From an uncultured virus (IMG/VR IMGVR_UViG_3300005098_000230) (taxonomy: Duplodnaviria; Heunggongvirae; Uroviricota; Caudoviricetes): a DNA stretch of 64,000 nucleotides. The stretch is from the IMG/VR virus record IMGVR_UViG_3300005098_000230; one strand, 5' to 3'. The notes under the pieces are model-generated. The model searched no databases and was not told the origin of the DNA. It worked only from the letters and a program-made list of their open reading frames with translations. Positions 9,087 through 18,269 of the stretch are shown here, in pieces (within the stretch, counting starts at the first letter, position 1; each line of letters opens with the position of its first letter). A program made the position numbers and the translations under genes.

Positions 9087-11164
9087 GCCCTCTCTCCTGA
9101 TTTCGTGAACGCCACAGCTATCGGCACTACTCGCCCCGAATCAAAGATCAACCACTCCTCGTTTTTGAAATTCAGTTTGCTAGAAGCTGCGATATAAGCG
9201 AAGGGATCACGAGTACGCGGTGGAGTATAGCGAACGGTATCATATCCCTCAGAGAGAGCGTAGATCGCAAGTTTATCTCTGTTACCTATGCTCCAATTCC
9301 ATACTTCTAGCAGGCGCTGGACTCTCAGCGGGAGTTCAGCCCCCGCTTTGGGGATTATGGTTCCAGGCTTCTTACCACGCCGTGGCTCAATCCGCACTTG
9401 TCCAGCAACACCTAATTTTTGGACGAACATCTGCGCCCGGCGAACGTGTATCTTCAGAGTTTCCGTATCCCAAAACGCAAAAAGAGCTTTCTCTACTTCT
9501 TGCTTTGTCTCTTTTGTGTAATCCAAAACACGCCCTGGTCGCACTTTGACACGAACCATCGCGTTCACCCCTCGCCCATCACGCCCGTAGGCCAGAGATT
9601 TATTAGCCCCAGGAGCTATGTACACACCTGGGCAAAAAGCCCCGCTCTTAGACGGTTTTAACCGTTCACCCTGGAGCATTAAAAAGCCAACATTGGTATC
9701 AGTACCATGCCACCCCTCCCACACCTCTCCCTCGCCTGCTAGTTCGTGCTGGACCTCAACGCGCCTTACAGAAGAAACGCGAACAGGATAGCTATCTGCC
9801 TCTGCGTGGTTCTCAATGGCCTGTTGAATCAACTCTGGATCATCACCAGTCACAACGCCCTGATCATGTATAAAGGGAGGCTTCCACTCCCCCTGAAACT
9901 CCACATTCAAATCGCGTTTCAGAATGGTCAAGAGTTCTTGGGGGGAATCTGCCTCTATCCCATCGTCGGTGTACAGGGGGGTATGCTGAGACATGGGCAT
10001 ACCCCGATCATCCCACTTGTCCAAAACGCGAGTAGCTTGGAGTATGTACTTTTGTCTTTGAGCGTTATACCGAATCTCTACCTGAATCCGGGAAGCTCTG
10101 TAGTGAGGATCGTCATACTCACCTTCTATATCATAAAAACTGAATCCAATTCGCTTTGCTCGTCCATCCACGCTGAGGTAGTATCGGTCGGCACTACCCC
10201 ACCCCCCTGCTTCTCTGCCAGCTTTTGACCAATCAGGCTGGATAGTGTTAGCTCCCCACCGCAACCGCCCCACGGTTTTGTAGCTCGTCCACTGTCCACC
10301 GCCAGGCTGCCCCTTCGGGATGCGCGGTTGGTTCGGGTCGTAGAGCGCGACCACCACGCCCATCCGCACCTCTCTCAGCGTTTGCAAGGTGACATGCCGT
10401 AGCAGGTGCCCGCCCGACCATTGCCCTATCTGCAACTCCTCTGGCGTTGCAGGTCTCCCGAAAGTAAGGAAGCACTTGCAATTGCGCATACACTGCACGT
10501 CGTGACCTGGAAGCGTGGGCAAGGTCTTGGGAGTGTAGGGGTTGCCGGCAGCTATGCGGATACAATCGGGGCAGTGGTGCGCGGGGGGAAACAGGTTCCA
10601 GTAGATTTGCGTGAGCGGACCGACCTGGCTGACCTGCCCCTGAAACCACAGAGTTCGCAACGCCTCAGCATAGAGGCTGGTGCGGTACTCAAGGTGCTCA
10701 GCCAGCTCAGGGAGCGGCTTCTTCGCGTAAGCGCCGCCTGTCTTGGCCTTGATCTGCTCCACGAAGCGCCGGAGAAAGCCCTTCTCGCGGTCAATCTGCG
10801 CTCTAACCGCCGCGAGGTCTTCGGGAGTGAGGCCCAACTGAACGGACTGGATGTGCTCTTTGCCATACTCATACGCAAGAACAAACGCCTCACGGATAAG
10901 AGACTGCCAACCACGTTCAAAGTGGTAAGCGCTGATCTTCCCCTCGGCCAGCCGATGGGTGTAGTCCATCAGCGCCTCCAAGAACACACCCCGCAGGTTC
11001 TCATAGCGCATCTGGGGCGTGGATCCGCCGAAATACGGCAGGGCGAGGGCAAGATCGCCAAGTGCAACTTTGAATTTGAGCGCGGGTGATGTGGTAGTTT
11101 CCATGTGGGAAGTCCTATAATTCGTGGTAGGTTTCCCATTCCTCGCCATAGGCTTCCTCATCAA
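9083..11164 (-). CDS. MuF-like head morphogenesis protein with C-terminal PARP-like ADP-ribosyltransferase
   Basis: Follows portal; HCPDC..LPGHDVQCMRNCKC MuF Cys motif; C-term WHGT..GAFCPGVY..GYD..EEWLIFD (H-Y-E). Confidence 0.8.
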   Translation of the reverse strand: MMRKPMARNGKPTTNYRTSHMETTTSPALKFKVALGDLALALPYFGGSTPQMRYENLRGVFLEALMDYTHRLAEGKISAYHFERGWQSLIREAFVLAYEYGKEHIQSVQLGLTPEDLAAVRAQIDREKGFLRRFVEQIKAKTGGAYAKKPLPELAEHLEYRTSLYAEALRTLWFQGQVSQVGPLTQIYWNLFPPAHHCPDCIRIAAGNPYTPKTLPTLPGHDVQCMRNCKCFLTFGRPATPEELQIGQWSGGHLLRHVTLQTLREVRMGVVVALYDPNQPRIPKGQPGGGQWTSYKTVGRLRWGANTIQPDWSKAGREAGGWGSADRYYLSVDGRAKRIGFSFYDIEGEYDDPHYRASRIQVEIRYNAQRQKYILQATRVLDKWDDRGMPMSQHTPLYTDDGIEADSPQELLTILKRDLNVEFQGEWKPPFIHDQGVVTGDDPELIQQAIENHAEADSYPVRVSSVRRVEVQHELAGEGEVWEGWHGTDTNVGFLMLQGERLKPSKSGAFCPGVYIAPGANKSLAYGRDGRGVNAMVRVKVRPGRVLDYTKETKQEVEKALFAFWDTETLKIHVRRAQMFVQKLGVAGQVRIEPRRGKKPGTIIPKAGAELPLRVQRLLEVWNWSIGNRDKLAIYALSEGYDTVRYTPPRTRDPFAYIAASSKLNFKNEEWLIFDSGRVVPIAVAFTKSGERA

Positions 11165-13133
11165 GCCAAGCCCGTCCAGCCTCCTCCGTGGGCGTTATAT
11201 CCACCTCAACTCGCAACCAGCCCTTGCCACGATCCACGTTCTTGACCTCAATGTCTTCAATGTCTTCCGGTTTCTTGATTTTGGAGACAAGGCCAGCGCG
11301 GGGCAGTTTGGCTTTGAGAAATGCTCTAAGGTTGTCTTTGGTAACACTTTTGGTGTCGAAATCGTCTGGGGTCTCGATGATTACCTCACCAGCGATGGTG
11401 TCCTCTGCCTTCCAAACAAGGTCTGATCCAGACCTGTTGATTGATCCTGCACCAGACAGCGCCCCGCCCCCGCTTGTCCACTGTCCACCACCAGGCTGCC
11501 CGGCGGGGATGCGCGGTTGGGAAGGATCGTAGAGAACGATCTCTGTGTCGGCCGGCCACCCCGCTTCCAAGAGTACTTGCGCGTGCTCTACTGCCTCCCC
11601 GAAGGAGTAGACGGTAGGGTCTAGGGCAAGCTGGGGAGTCGGAGTGGGGGGCGCTTTCTCTGGTTGGGGCTGGGGCTGGGTGGTAGGCTGGGGCGATTGG
11701 CTTGGGGCTTGTTGCGCCTGAGCTTCCCTATCCTCCTGCTCCTTGACGGGGATGCCTTCCTCCTCTGCCCACTTCACCAGGTCGAGGCGACCAGTATCAG
11801 GATGGGCACCAAGCACCTTCTCGAAGATAGCAGCGGCCCGGGCTCTCTGCGCATCCGTCAGCTTCACTACCAGACTGGTGCGGGGGGCAGTTGCTCCAAA
11901 GTGCTCCACATCGGATGGGCGAAGGATTTGCTCTTCCACCTGCTTAACCCAGGCGTCCAAGATGCCGGCCATGCGCTCCTCGAACGCATCGAAGAGTGTC
12001 TGCACGGCTGTACGTGAGCCGTAAGGCCGGTCTCCAATGTGGAGTACGTCCTCCGGGACTAGGAGCGTGACGAAGATGGCTTTCTTCAAAAACTCAACCA
12101 TCTTGAGGAAAATGGTAGACTTCTCGGAGAGCGACATCTCCTGGAGGTTCCACTTTAGCTGGCCTGTTTGTACGTCCACCTCGAAGGGGAAGATGGCCAC
12201 GAAATGCTCCTGGAGCTGGCTGGCAAGGTCGGCCAGGTATCTCAGGTTGTCTACTTCCTCAGTGCCCCCATTAGCATCCTCCACTGTGCTTGTGCCGATG
12301 GGAGCATGGCCGATCATTGCGCCCGATCCCTCGCGTTCGGCTCGGCGCATGGCTTGGGCCATAAAGAGGGTTATCCAGTAGGCCAGCTCGTAGATTACTT
12401 TCAGCTCGGCCTCGCCCCAAACGGGGTTTTCCTCATCGTTGATCGAGTAAATCCACGCCCATGAGAGGTTGAACGAGGGATCAGGCTGTCCCTCCTGTGG
12501 CTCAATGCCAGGGCAGTAGACGGTTGCCTTGCCGTCCTGGGTGAAGCCGGCAGGTTTTTCCCGCTCCGTCTTCCACACGTCCGTTATCGTGGTCACGACG
12601 GCGTGGATGATCTGATCTATGACCAGGGCCGTGCCGCTGTAGGCCGTGGTTTTCTCGCCCGTTTCCTCATCCTCCCGTTTGACCTCCACCTGCTCAGCGA
12701 TGCGGACGATCTCGTTGAAGGACACGCCATCCCGGAAGGCGTACTTGAACGAGACAGAGGCCAGTTTGCGCAACCACGGCTTTGTCAGCTCCTCGTGGAA
12801 AGCGGCGATGTCGGGGTTGTCGTTCTTGAAGTGGGCGTTGCGGACTGCGGCCAGGAGAGTGGTGATTAGGAAGAGAAAGGCGGGGCGAGAGGCGAAAAAC
12901 TCAGAGAGCCATTTGAGCGTGTCGTAAGACACGCTTGACGGGTCATACTCTTTCAGAAAGCGGAGAGCATCGAGGGCACGAAATGTGCCAGGGTAGATAT
13001 GCTGCTGCTGCCAGGGAAGGCGCTCGCCTTCTCTGTTATCCGTGCGGGTGAGGCTATCTATAGCCCGCTGTATCATATTTCGGCGGCGCTTTCTCTCTTG
13101 CAACTCCACAGGCGTAAGCATCAGGTCGGTCAT
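11115..13133 (-). CDS. Portal protein with C-terminal extension
   Basis: Position between TerL and MuF; size; Pro/Gln linker then extra domain. Confidence 0.7.
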   Translation of the reverse strand: MTDLMLTPVELQERKRRRNMIQRAIDSLTRTDNREGERLPWQQQHIYPGTFRALDALRFLKEYDPSSVSYDTLKWLSEFFASRPAFLFLITTLLAAVRNAHFKNDNPDIAAFHEELTKPWLRKLASVSFKYAFRDGVSFNEIVRIAEQVEVKREDEETGEKTTAYSGTALVIDQIIHAVVTTITDVWKTEREKPAGFTQDGKATVYCPGIEPQEGQPDPSFNLSWAWIYSINDEENPVWGEAELKVIYELAYWITLFMAQAMRRAEREGSGAMIGHAPIGTSTVEDANGGTEEVDNLRYLADLASQLQEHFVAIFPFEVDVQTGQLKWNLQEMSLSEKSTIFLKMVEFLKKAIFVTLLVPEDVLHIGDRPYGSRTAVQTLFDAFEERMAGILDAWVKQVEEQILRPSDVEHFGATAPRTSLVVKLTDAQRARAAAIFEKVLGAHPDTGRLDLVKWAEEEGIPVKEQEDREAQAQQAPSQSPQPTTQPQPQPEKAPPTPTPQLALDPTVYSFGEAVEHAQVLLEAGWPADTEIVLYDPSQPRIPAGQPGGGQWTSGGGALSGAGSINRSGSDLVWKAEDTIAGEVIIETPDDFDTKSVTKDNLRAFLKAKLPRAGLVSKIKKPEDIEDIEVKNVDRGKGWLRVEVDITPTEEAGRAWLDEEAYGEEWETYHEL

Positions 13134-13144
13134 ACTTGCGACTC

Positions 13145-13636
13145 CTACCCCCCGCTATCTGCCAGCCCGTAGCGATACGGGCGTTTCTTGTTCTTCTCCA
13201 TCTTGGCGGCGATGGCAGCTTCCAGGTTGATGCCTGCTGATTGAGCCAGCCGGAAGCAAGCACCAATTACACCAATGAGATGGAAGGTGTATACCTTTCC
13301 CATTTTGCGGAACTCACGCATGGTACGAGCAATGAGCCAGATCATGTCAGGCAGCGAGCGTGCGCTCTTTACATCCCACGTCCAATCTGCCTCCTCCCCC
13401 AGGTAGCCTAGCAGGTCGGCGGTCACAATGACCACATCGGCCAGTTCCTCAGCGATCAGGGCCTCATCGCCTGTGGCGATGGCCTCCTGCGCCTCACACG
13501 CCACCTCGCTGAGCAAATGACACAGTTGTCGCCAGACAATGGCGTCATCCTCTGGCACTGGCCTGGCATAGAACCCGCGATCCACGGCGATAGCGTGGCA
13601 CTCGTTGACCAATTCTTGCAAATCTATCTCGGGCAT
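13145..13636 (-). CDS. MazG-like nucleotide pyrophosphohydrolase
   Basis: SEVACEAQEA..EELADVVI..AIAAKMEKNKKRPYRYG. Confidence 0.85.
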   Translation of the reverse strand: MPEIDLQELVNECHAIAVDRGFYARPVPEDDAIVWRQLCHLLSEVACEAQEAIATGDEALIAEELADVVIVTADLLGYLGEEADWTWDVKSARSLPDMIWLIARTMREFRKMGKVYTFHLIGVIGACFRLAQSAGINLEAAIAAKMEKNKKRPYRYGLADSGG

Positions 13637-13637
13637 C

Positions 13638-15350
13638 TCACTTCCTAAATATTCGGCGTCTCTCAGGCGGGCGCTTCGGTTCTGGAAGCCCTCGCCCCTG
13701 CGGTGTGATCTTGCTGGTGAAGGCGCGGGGGCCGGCGACGGCCTGGTCTGCGCTGGGTAGCTTGACGGGGCCTTTCCACTTGAGAGCAGCGATGGCGCAG
13801 TAGTTATCAGCGTGCGCCCAGTGGTCAGGACCGACAGAGCGCCACTCTTCATGTGGCTGGTCGTCCCGCGTCTCCTCCGGCGAGAGGTAGACCCAACGCA
13901 TATTTTCCCAGTGTTGAATCCATCCCTCGCCGCCCTGAACATCGTCGATCACCCCATCGGGCGGACCGTAGAGCTGAGTGTACCCTTTCAGGATGTAGTC
14001 GGCGGTCATGTTGAGCGTTTGGGTACGCTCGGCCAGGATGAAATACGGCTCTTTGCCCCTCCAGCGGACAGGCTCGGAGATGTTGCCGTAGTCACAGCAG
14101 AAGACCCTCCCAGGAAACTGCCGGGCGAAATTGCGGGCCTCGTCACGCATGGGCATGGCGTCCACCACGCAGACCTCCACGCCGTAGGTGTGCATGAGCT
14201 GTCCTAGACGCTGCCAGCTTGGAGTCGTCTCCAGGTGGATGATGTCGCGGCGGATGACTTCTACACCGTCAGCGTCTACCATTCCTGTGCGCTGGACGTA
14301 GGCGATCTCAGCGTGCTTGACATTGCCTACATCCACCCCCATTACCGTGCCCACGGCAGCTTCTTGGTGAGGGTAGCCTTTGACAAAGCACTTTTGGAGG
14401 ATCAACTCGCGGCTGATCTGTCCCACGCCCTCCGCTGAGGGGAGACCCAGAGTGAAGTTGAGAAAGTTGCGCTTGAGGCGCGTGTTCTTCTCTTTCCACA
14501 TCAGCGAGCCGCGCAGGTGGTCGGGGCCTACGGGGATGAAGGGGGCAAAGGCTTGGGAAATACGGTAGCCCCTGGTCAAGCGGTCGGGGTACTTGGCCAC
14601 CCAGCGCCCGTTGGAGCGGATGAGCTTCTTCCCGCACTTGGGACAACGGAAACAGCCGGCCTTCCTGTCCAGGTGCTGGTAGTAGTCAATCGGCCCCTCC
14701 CAAGAGCAGCCCGTGCAGGAGACCAACCACTCGTGCTGGTCGGTCTGCTCGAAGAGCTTGGCGATCCCCCAGTTGGGGATCGTGGGCGTGGAGATGTCAC
14801 GGGTGCGCTTGAACTGAGAGGCACCGAGACGCTCGTCGTAGACCTCACGCACGTCGGGCTTCGACTTATCCAGCTCGTCGTGAGTGTTCTGGTCAGAGTC
14901 TATCGTGTAGGCTTCCTTCTCCACCCAGGTGCCGCGAAAGTGGATGATGGACGGGTTGGGACGACCCACACGCCGTACCTCCACCCCGCCCTCCCAGCGC
15001 GTAGCTAGGTACTCTGAGGCGGCGATGATAGGAGCGACGCGGGTAGAGGAGAATTTGTGTGCGTCGTCTGACGTGGGCTGGGTGAAAATGACGGTGACGG
15101 CCGGGTCCCGATGCACCATGCAGAAGCGCAGGGCATCGAGAATGGCCCATGTACTCACGCCAATCTGGGCACCCTTCATCACAACGATGTTCGGGCTATC
15201 ATCTTGGTAAAGAGCAACCAGATAGGGGCGGCGGACAAACTCTAATGGCTGCCCCTTTGGTGTTTTGACCCTGTGGTAAACCACCCAGGCGAGGAGATCA
15301 GACCGAGCGGCGGCAGCGAGTATGTCTTGCTGCTGAGCGTAGTCTGCCAC
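13638..15350 (-). CDS. terL: Terminase large subunit, lambda GpA-like
   Basis: KGAQIGVST, DELDK, ISTPT, CxxC..CxxC, GVDVG, VVDA, DHWAHA. Confidence 0.92.
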   Translation of the reverse strand: MADYAQQQDILAAAARSDLLAWVVYHRVKTPKGQPLEFVRRPYLVALYQDDSPNIVVMKGAQIGVSTWAILDALRFCMVHRDPAVTVIFTQPTSDDAHKFSSTRVAPIIAASEYLATRWEGGVEVRRVGRPNPSIIHFRGTWVEKEAYTIDSDQNTHDELDKSKPDVREVYDERLGASQFKRTRDISTPTIPNWGIAKLFEQTDQHEWLVSCTGCSWEGPIDYYQHLDRKAGCFRCPKCGKKLIRSNGRWVAKYPDRLTRGYRISQAFAPFIPVGPDHLRGSLMWKEKNTRLKRNFLNFTLGLPSAEGVGQISRELILQKCFVKGYPHQEAAVGTVMGVDVGNVKHAEIAYVQRTGMVDADGVEVIRRDIIHLETTPSWQRLGQLMHTYGVEVCVVDAMPMRDEARNFARQFPGRVFCCDYGNISEPVRWRGKEPYFILAERTQTLNMTADYILKGYTQLYGPPDGVIDDVQGGEGWIQHWENMRWVYLSPEETRDDQPHEEWRSVGPDHWAHADNYCAIAALKWKGPVKLPSADQAVAGPRAFTSKITPQGRGLPEPKRPPERRRIFRK

Positions 15351-15352
15351 AT

Positions 15353-16066
15353 CTAACTTTCCTCACCCTGGTCTTCTTCCAACTCTTGCTGGATGGCCAG
15401 TTGCTGGTAGCCGATTGCAAGAGCGGCGGAGAACTGTTTGACCACTTCCTCTGGCACAGAGGGCACACCCCCTTCTACCGTCAGTTCGCCAGAGACCTGC
15501 TGCTCCACTTGTGCCTCGACCTGTGCGGCGACTTTGAGCTGCTTGGGGATGGGTTGGGGTTCGAGGCCGGCCTCCTGCTTCATCTGGCGAAGCATCTTGA
15601 TAGCCTGCATTGCACGGTCTACCTCCGACCCTATCGCGGGAATGACGGTATCGGCTTCGTGCTCCTCTTGGACACCCCGCTGGACGCGGGCAAGTTGAGC
15701 AGCGGTAAGCTGCTCCATCGCAGCGAGGGTGTCAAGGGAAATGTGGTACTGGTGAAGGAACTTGGTGAGGTACTTGTCGCCCAAGATTTCATTGGGGGGG
15801 ATGTACTTGGTGCGGTAGTAGGAGAGCATCCGCGCGGTGATATGCGGATAGCCCATCTGAGTCAACCAGCGCCGCACATCTTCCAAGCGGTAACGGGCGG
15901 CCAGGCGCGAGCGCACTTCCATGTAGATATGCTCGGGAAGCTGGTCTATCGCCGTGTTTCCACGTGGGAACTCGGTGGGCAGTTCGGGTAGGGACGGCGG
16001 TGCTTCCTCGCCTCTCTGCCCCTCCTCGTCTTCCGGGAGACCATCAAGCACCTCTTCCTCACTCAT
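15353..16066 (-). CDS. Probable terminase small subunit (DUF3486-like)
   Basis: IDQLP..L..GY..IT...LSYY HTH-like motif; directly upstream of terL. Confidence 0.65.
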   Translation of the reverse strand: MSEEEVLDGLPEDEEGQRGEEAPPSLPELPTEFPRGNTAIDQLPEHIYMEVRSRLAARYRLEDVRRWLTQMGYPHITARMLSYYRTKYIPPNEILGDKYLTKFLHQYHISLDTLAAMEQLTAAQLARVQRGVQEEHEADTVIPAIGSEVDRAMQAIKMLRQMKQEAGLEPQPIPKQLKVAAQVEAQVEQQVSGELTVEGGVPSVPEEVVKQFSAALAIGYQQLAIQQELEEDQGEES

Positions 16067-16107
16067 TGTCGGATTTGCCTTCTATGGATGATTGTAGATT
16101 AGGACGG

Positions 16108-16141
16108 GCAATGCCCGACCGATCTCCTGATCGGGCATTGC
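16108..16141 (-). other. Strong RNA hairpin after the peptide gene (no U-tract; stabiliser or processing site)
   Basis: GCAATGCCCGA..TCGGGCATTGC. Confidence 0.6.
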
Positions 16142-16153
16142 TGTGGGGGGAGA

Positions 16154-16285
16154 TCAGCACCCACCGCCACCAACACGGATCGGCGAGCGAGCTCTTTGCT
16201 GTCCCCTGCCACGCAGGGCCGCCTGGCGACGGCGGTTGTACCGGAACTGCTGATTGGCAGTCCGCAAGAAACCTGGTTGACGCAT
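16154..16285 (-). CDS. 43-aa Arg/Gln-rich peptide ending GGGGC
   Basis: GAGGAGGTG RBS; MRQPGFLRTANQQFRYNRRRQAALRGRGQQRARSPIRVGGGGC; not in the ORF track. Confidence 0.75.
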   Translation of the reverse strand: MRQPGFLRTANQQFRYNRRRQAALRGRGQQRARSPIRVGGGGC

Positions 16286-16307
16286 TATGTATTCACCTCC
16301 TCGGGTG

Positions 16308-17963
16308 TTAACCCTCTTTCGCCTGCCGCCTCAGCTTACGAGCGGCCTTTACCCGTTTTTGCCACCACGGGTGCTTTGGCTCTAAGTAGAACCAGGGGAT
16401 AAAGTCTTCGTCGAGCGTGTAGAAGCCGCCCCAAGCCCTATCGCGTTGGGGCGACCATTCCTCGTCCAAGTTGGGGTAATAGACCACGCCAAGAAAACCA
16501 CGCTCATCGTAGTCTGCAATGTCCTCGGGAAGAGTATACTCATCAGGGACTCGGAAGGTAGACGGCCAGAAGAAGGGGGGTTCGAGGAGAAAGCCCTCCT
16601 CCCACATAGCGTCCTTGATGTCATACATTGAGGTCGTCTCGCTAATCCCTCTCCTGGGAATGTTCGCCGTCTCTGGAGCCCAAATCTTGTCCAGATCGAC
16701 ACGCTGGACAAGAACGGGCTTATGGTACTTCTCAAAGACCTGAGCCGCTCTGTACCACAATTCCTGATAAGTGCCCTTGTAGTAATTCTGGAAAGCATCA
16801 TCCCCTACTTCTAGGGGGTTGTAGCAACAATTGGGATGATGGAAGAAACGGCGCACACTGAGGACGCGGAGAGCGGTCGGGTGCGTGCCGTAGTCGAGGC
16901 CCACCTCTTCCATTGCCTTGATGAAAGTCGCCGCTGCTTTCTCGTAGTCTTCGAGCGGATAAGATAGGTGCGTGCCCTCATAGAGATCAGGCGTGAACTT
17001 CTCCACCTCAATCCCCAACTCAGGCGATGCCTCAGCCAAAAGTTGGACTCCGTAGCCCTGGCGGGCATGGAGGGGTTCAAAGCTCACGAACTGCGCACCT
17101 GCCTCTTTCACTGTTCGAGCGTAATTGAGCGCCTCTTCGGGTGAGTCTTCCTCCCCGTTGCAAATAAAGGGCGCTCGGCGCACCACAACGTAGACACCTG
17201 CATCTGCCAGCTTGCGAATGTACTCCAAGCGCTGGGTAGCGGAGATGATGGGCGACTCGTACTTCTCCACCACCTCGTCATGTACGGAAGCGAGGCTAAT
17301 CTGCACAACCTTGTGGGGCAGAGCGACGATCTTGTTAAAGTACGCCTCGAAGACGGGACCACCCTTCGTGCTGATCACAACGGGGTACTGGTAGCGTCGA
17401 AGCTGGGTCAAAATGTCCCAAGTAACCTTGCACTGCTTCTCCAGAGCCATAAAGGGGTCGGTTGTTGAGGACATGTGGACGGGAACACGGTGAGCGAAGA
17501 ACTCAGCGATGAAGCGATCCCCTTGCTTCTCCGAGAAGTGAGAGAGAGGTCGAGCGCCCACGCTGGCCTGAAAGTACTTCTCCAGCTTCCCGGCCTCGCC
17601 GACAGCGTAGGCCGAGCGATCCCGGAAGCTCACCTCGCGCCCAATGCGCGATTTTATGAAGTGGTTGATGTAACACATCTTGCAACCATTGGCACAGCCC
17701 CTATAGGGGTTGATGGAAAGGGGTACGGAACATTGCCACAGCCTAGCGAGGTTGATCATACCCCCGTATCCCTTGCGGACGTTGTACGTCCGCAGGTCTT
17801 GTAGTCGCTTCTCCATCTCCTCCGCTCCGGGCGGGGGCGAGGCGCGGGTGATCATGTCCTGGTAGTGCGCTTTCAGCCTCTTGTTCCGCGCTTCGAGTTT
17901 CTTCTTTCGCTCGGCCAGTCTCCTCTTTCGCTCGGTCAGCTTCTCTTTCCTAGTTTTGGCCAT
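16308..17963 (-). CDS. Radical SAM protein, spore-photoproduct-lyase-like (SplB/Rv2578c-type)
   Basis: INPYRGCANGCKMCY (CxxxCxxC), SSTTDPF, ISTK, QRLEYIRKL; very basic termini. Confidence 0.88.
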   Translation of the reverse strand: MAKTRKEKLTERKRRLAERKKKLEARNKRLKAHYQDMITRASPPPGAEEMEKRLQDLRTYNVRKGYGGMINLARLWQCSVPLSINPYRGCANGCKMCYINHFIKSRIGREVSFRDRSAYAVGEAGKLEKYFQASVGARPLSHFSEKQGDRFIAEFFAHRVPVHMSSTTDPFMALEKQCKVTWDILTQLRRYQYPVVISTKGGPVFEAYFNKIVALPHKVVQISLASVHDEVVEKYESPIISATQRLEYIRKLADAGVYVVVRRAPFICNGEEDSPEEALNYARTVKEAGAQFVSFEPLHARQGYGVQLLAEASPELGIEVEKFTPDLYEGTHLSYPLEDYEKAAATFIKAMEEVGLDYGTHPTALRVLSVRRFFHHPNCCYNPLEVGDDAFQNYYKGTYQELWYRAAQVFEKYHKPVLVQRVDLDKIWAPETANIPRRGISETTSMYDIKDAMWEEGFLLEPPFFWPSTFRVPDEYTLPEDIADYDERGFLGVVYYPNLDEEWSPQRDRAWGGFYTLDEDFIPWFYLEPKHPWWQKRVKAARKLRRQAKEG

Positions 17964-17978
17964 TGCTCCCCCTTATGC

Positions 17979-18021
17979 AAAAGAAAAAGCCGTTAGCAGC
18001 GTAAAACGCTTGCTAACGGCT
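17979..18021 (-). terminator. Intrinsic terminator in the late-operon leader
   Basis: AGCCGTTAGCA..TGCTAACGGCT followed by TTTTCTTTT on the minus strand. Confidence 0.75.
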
Positions 18022-18062
18022 GTGAGCTACCCGTAGGCCCCACCGGGCCGTGCGCTAGTGCC

Positions 18063-18092
18063 ATTATACCACATAGTGAGGGTAAATGTCAA
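18063..18092 (-). promoter_or_regulatory. Promoter for the late/packaging operon
   Basis: TTGACA-18 bp-TATAAT with TG extension. Confidence 0.75.
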
Positions 18093-18269
18093 CTCACTTG
18101 TCAGGGGCAATACTAGTGGAACGGGCAGGGAACAAGGCGGTACAAAGCGCAGGTGCGGAGCTGGGGAAAGGTCAAGCGTTCCGAGCCTGTTCCGGCTTCT
18201 AGGCGGGTTGTAACGCCCGTTCCGCCCGTTCCGCCGTTCCGCCTGGGGCGGCTTTCTCGCTTTGCTGGC

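Noticed and set aside
10283..11534. DGR template/variable repeat pair
   Set aside because: No reverse transcriptase in the window; differences are mostly synonymous and not adenine-specific
13637..13942. Long N-terminal extension of the MazG ORF
   Set aside because: Overlaps terL in another frame; the start at 13636 fits coupling
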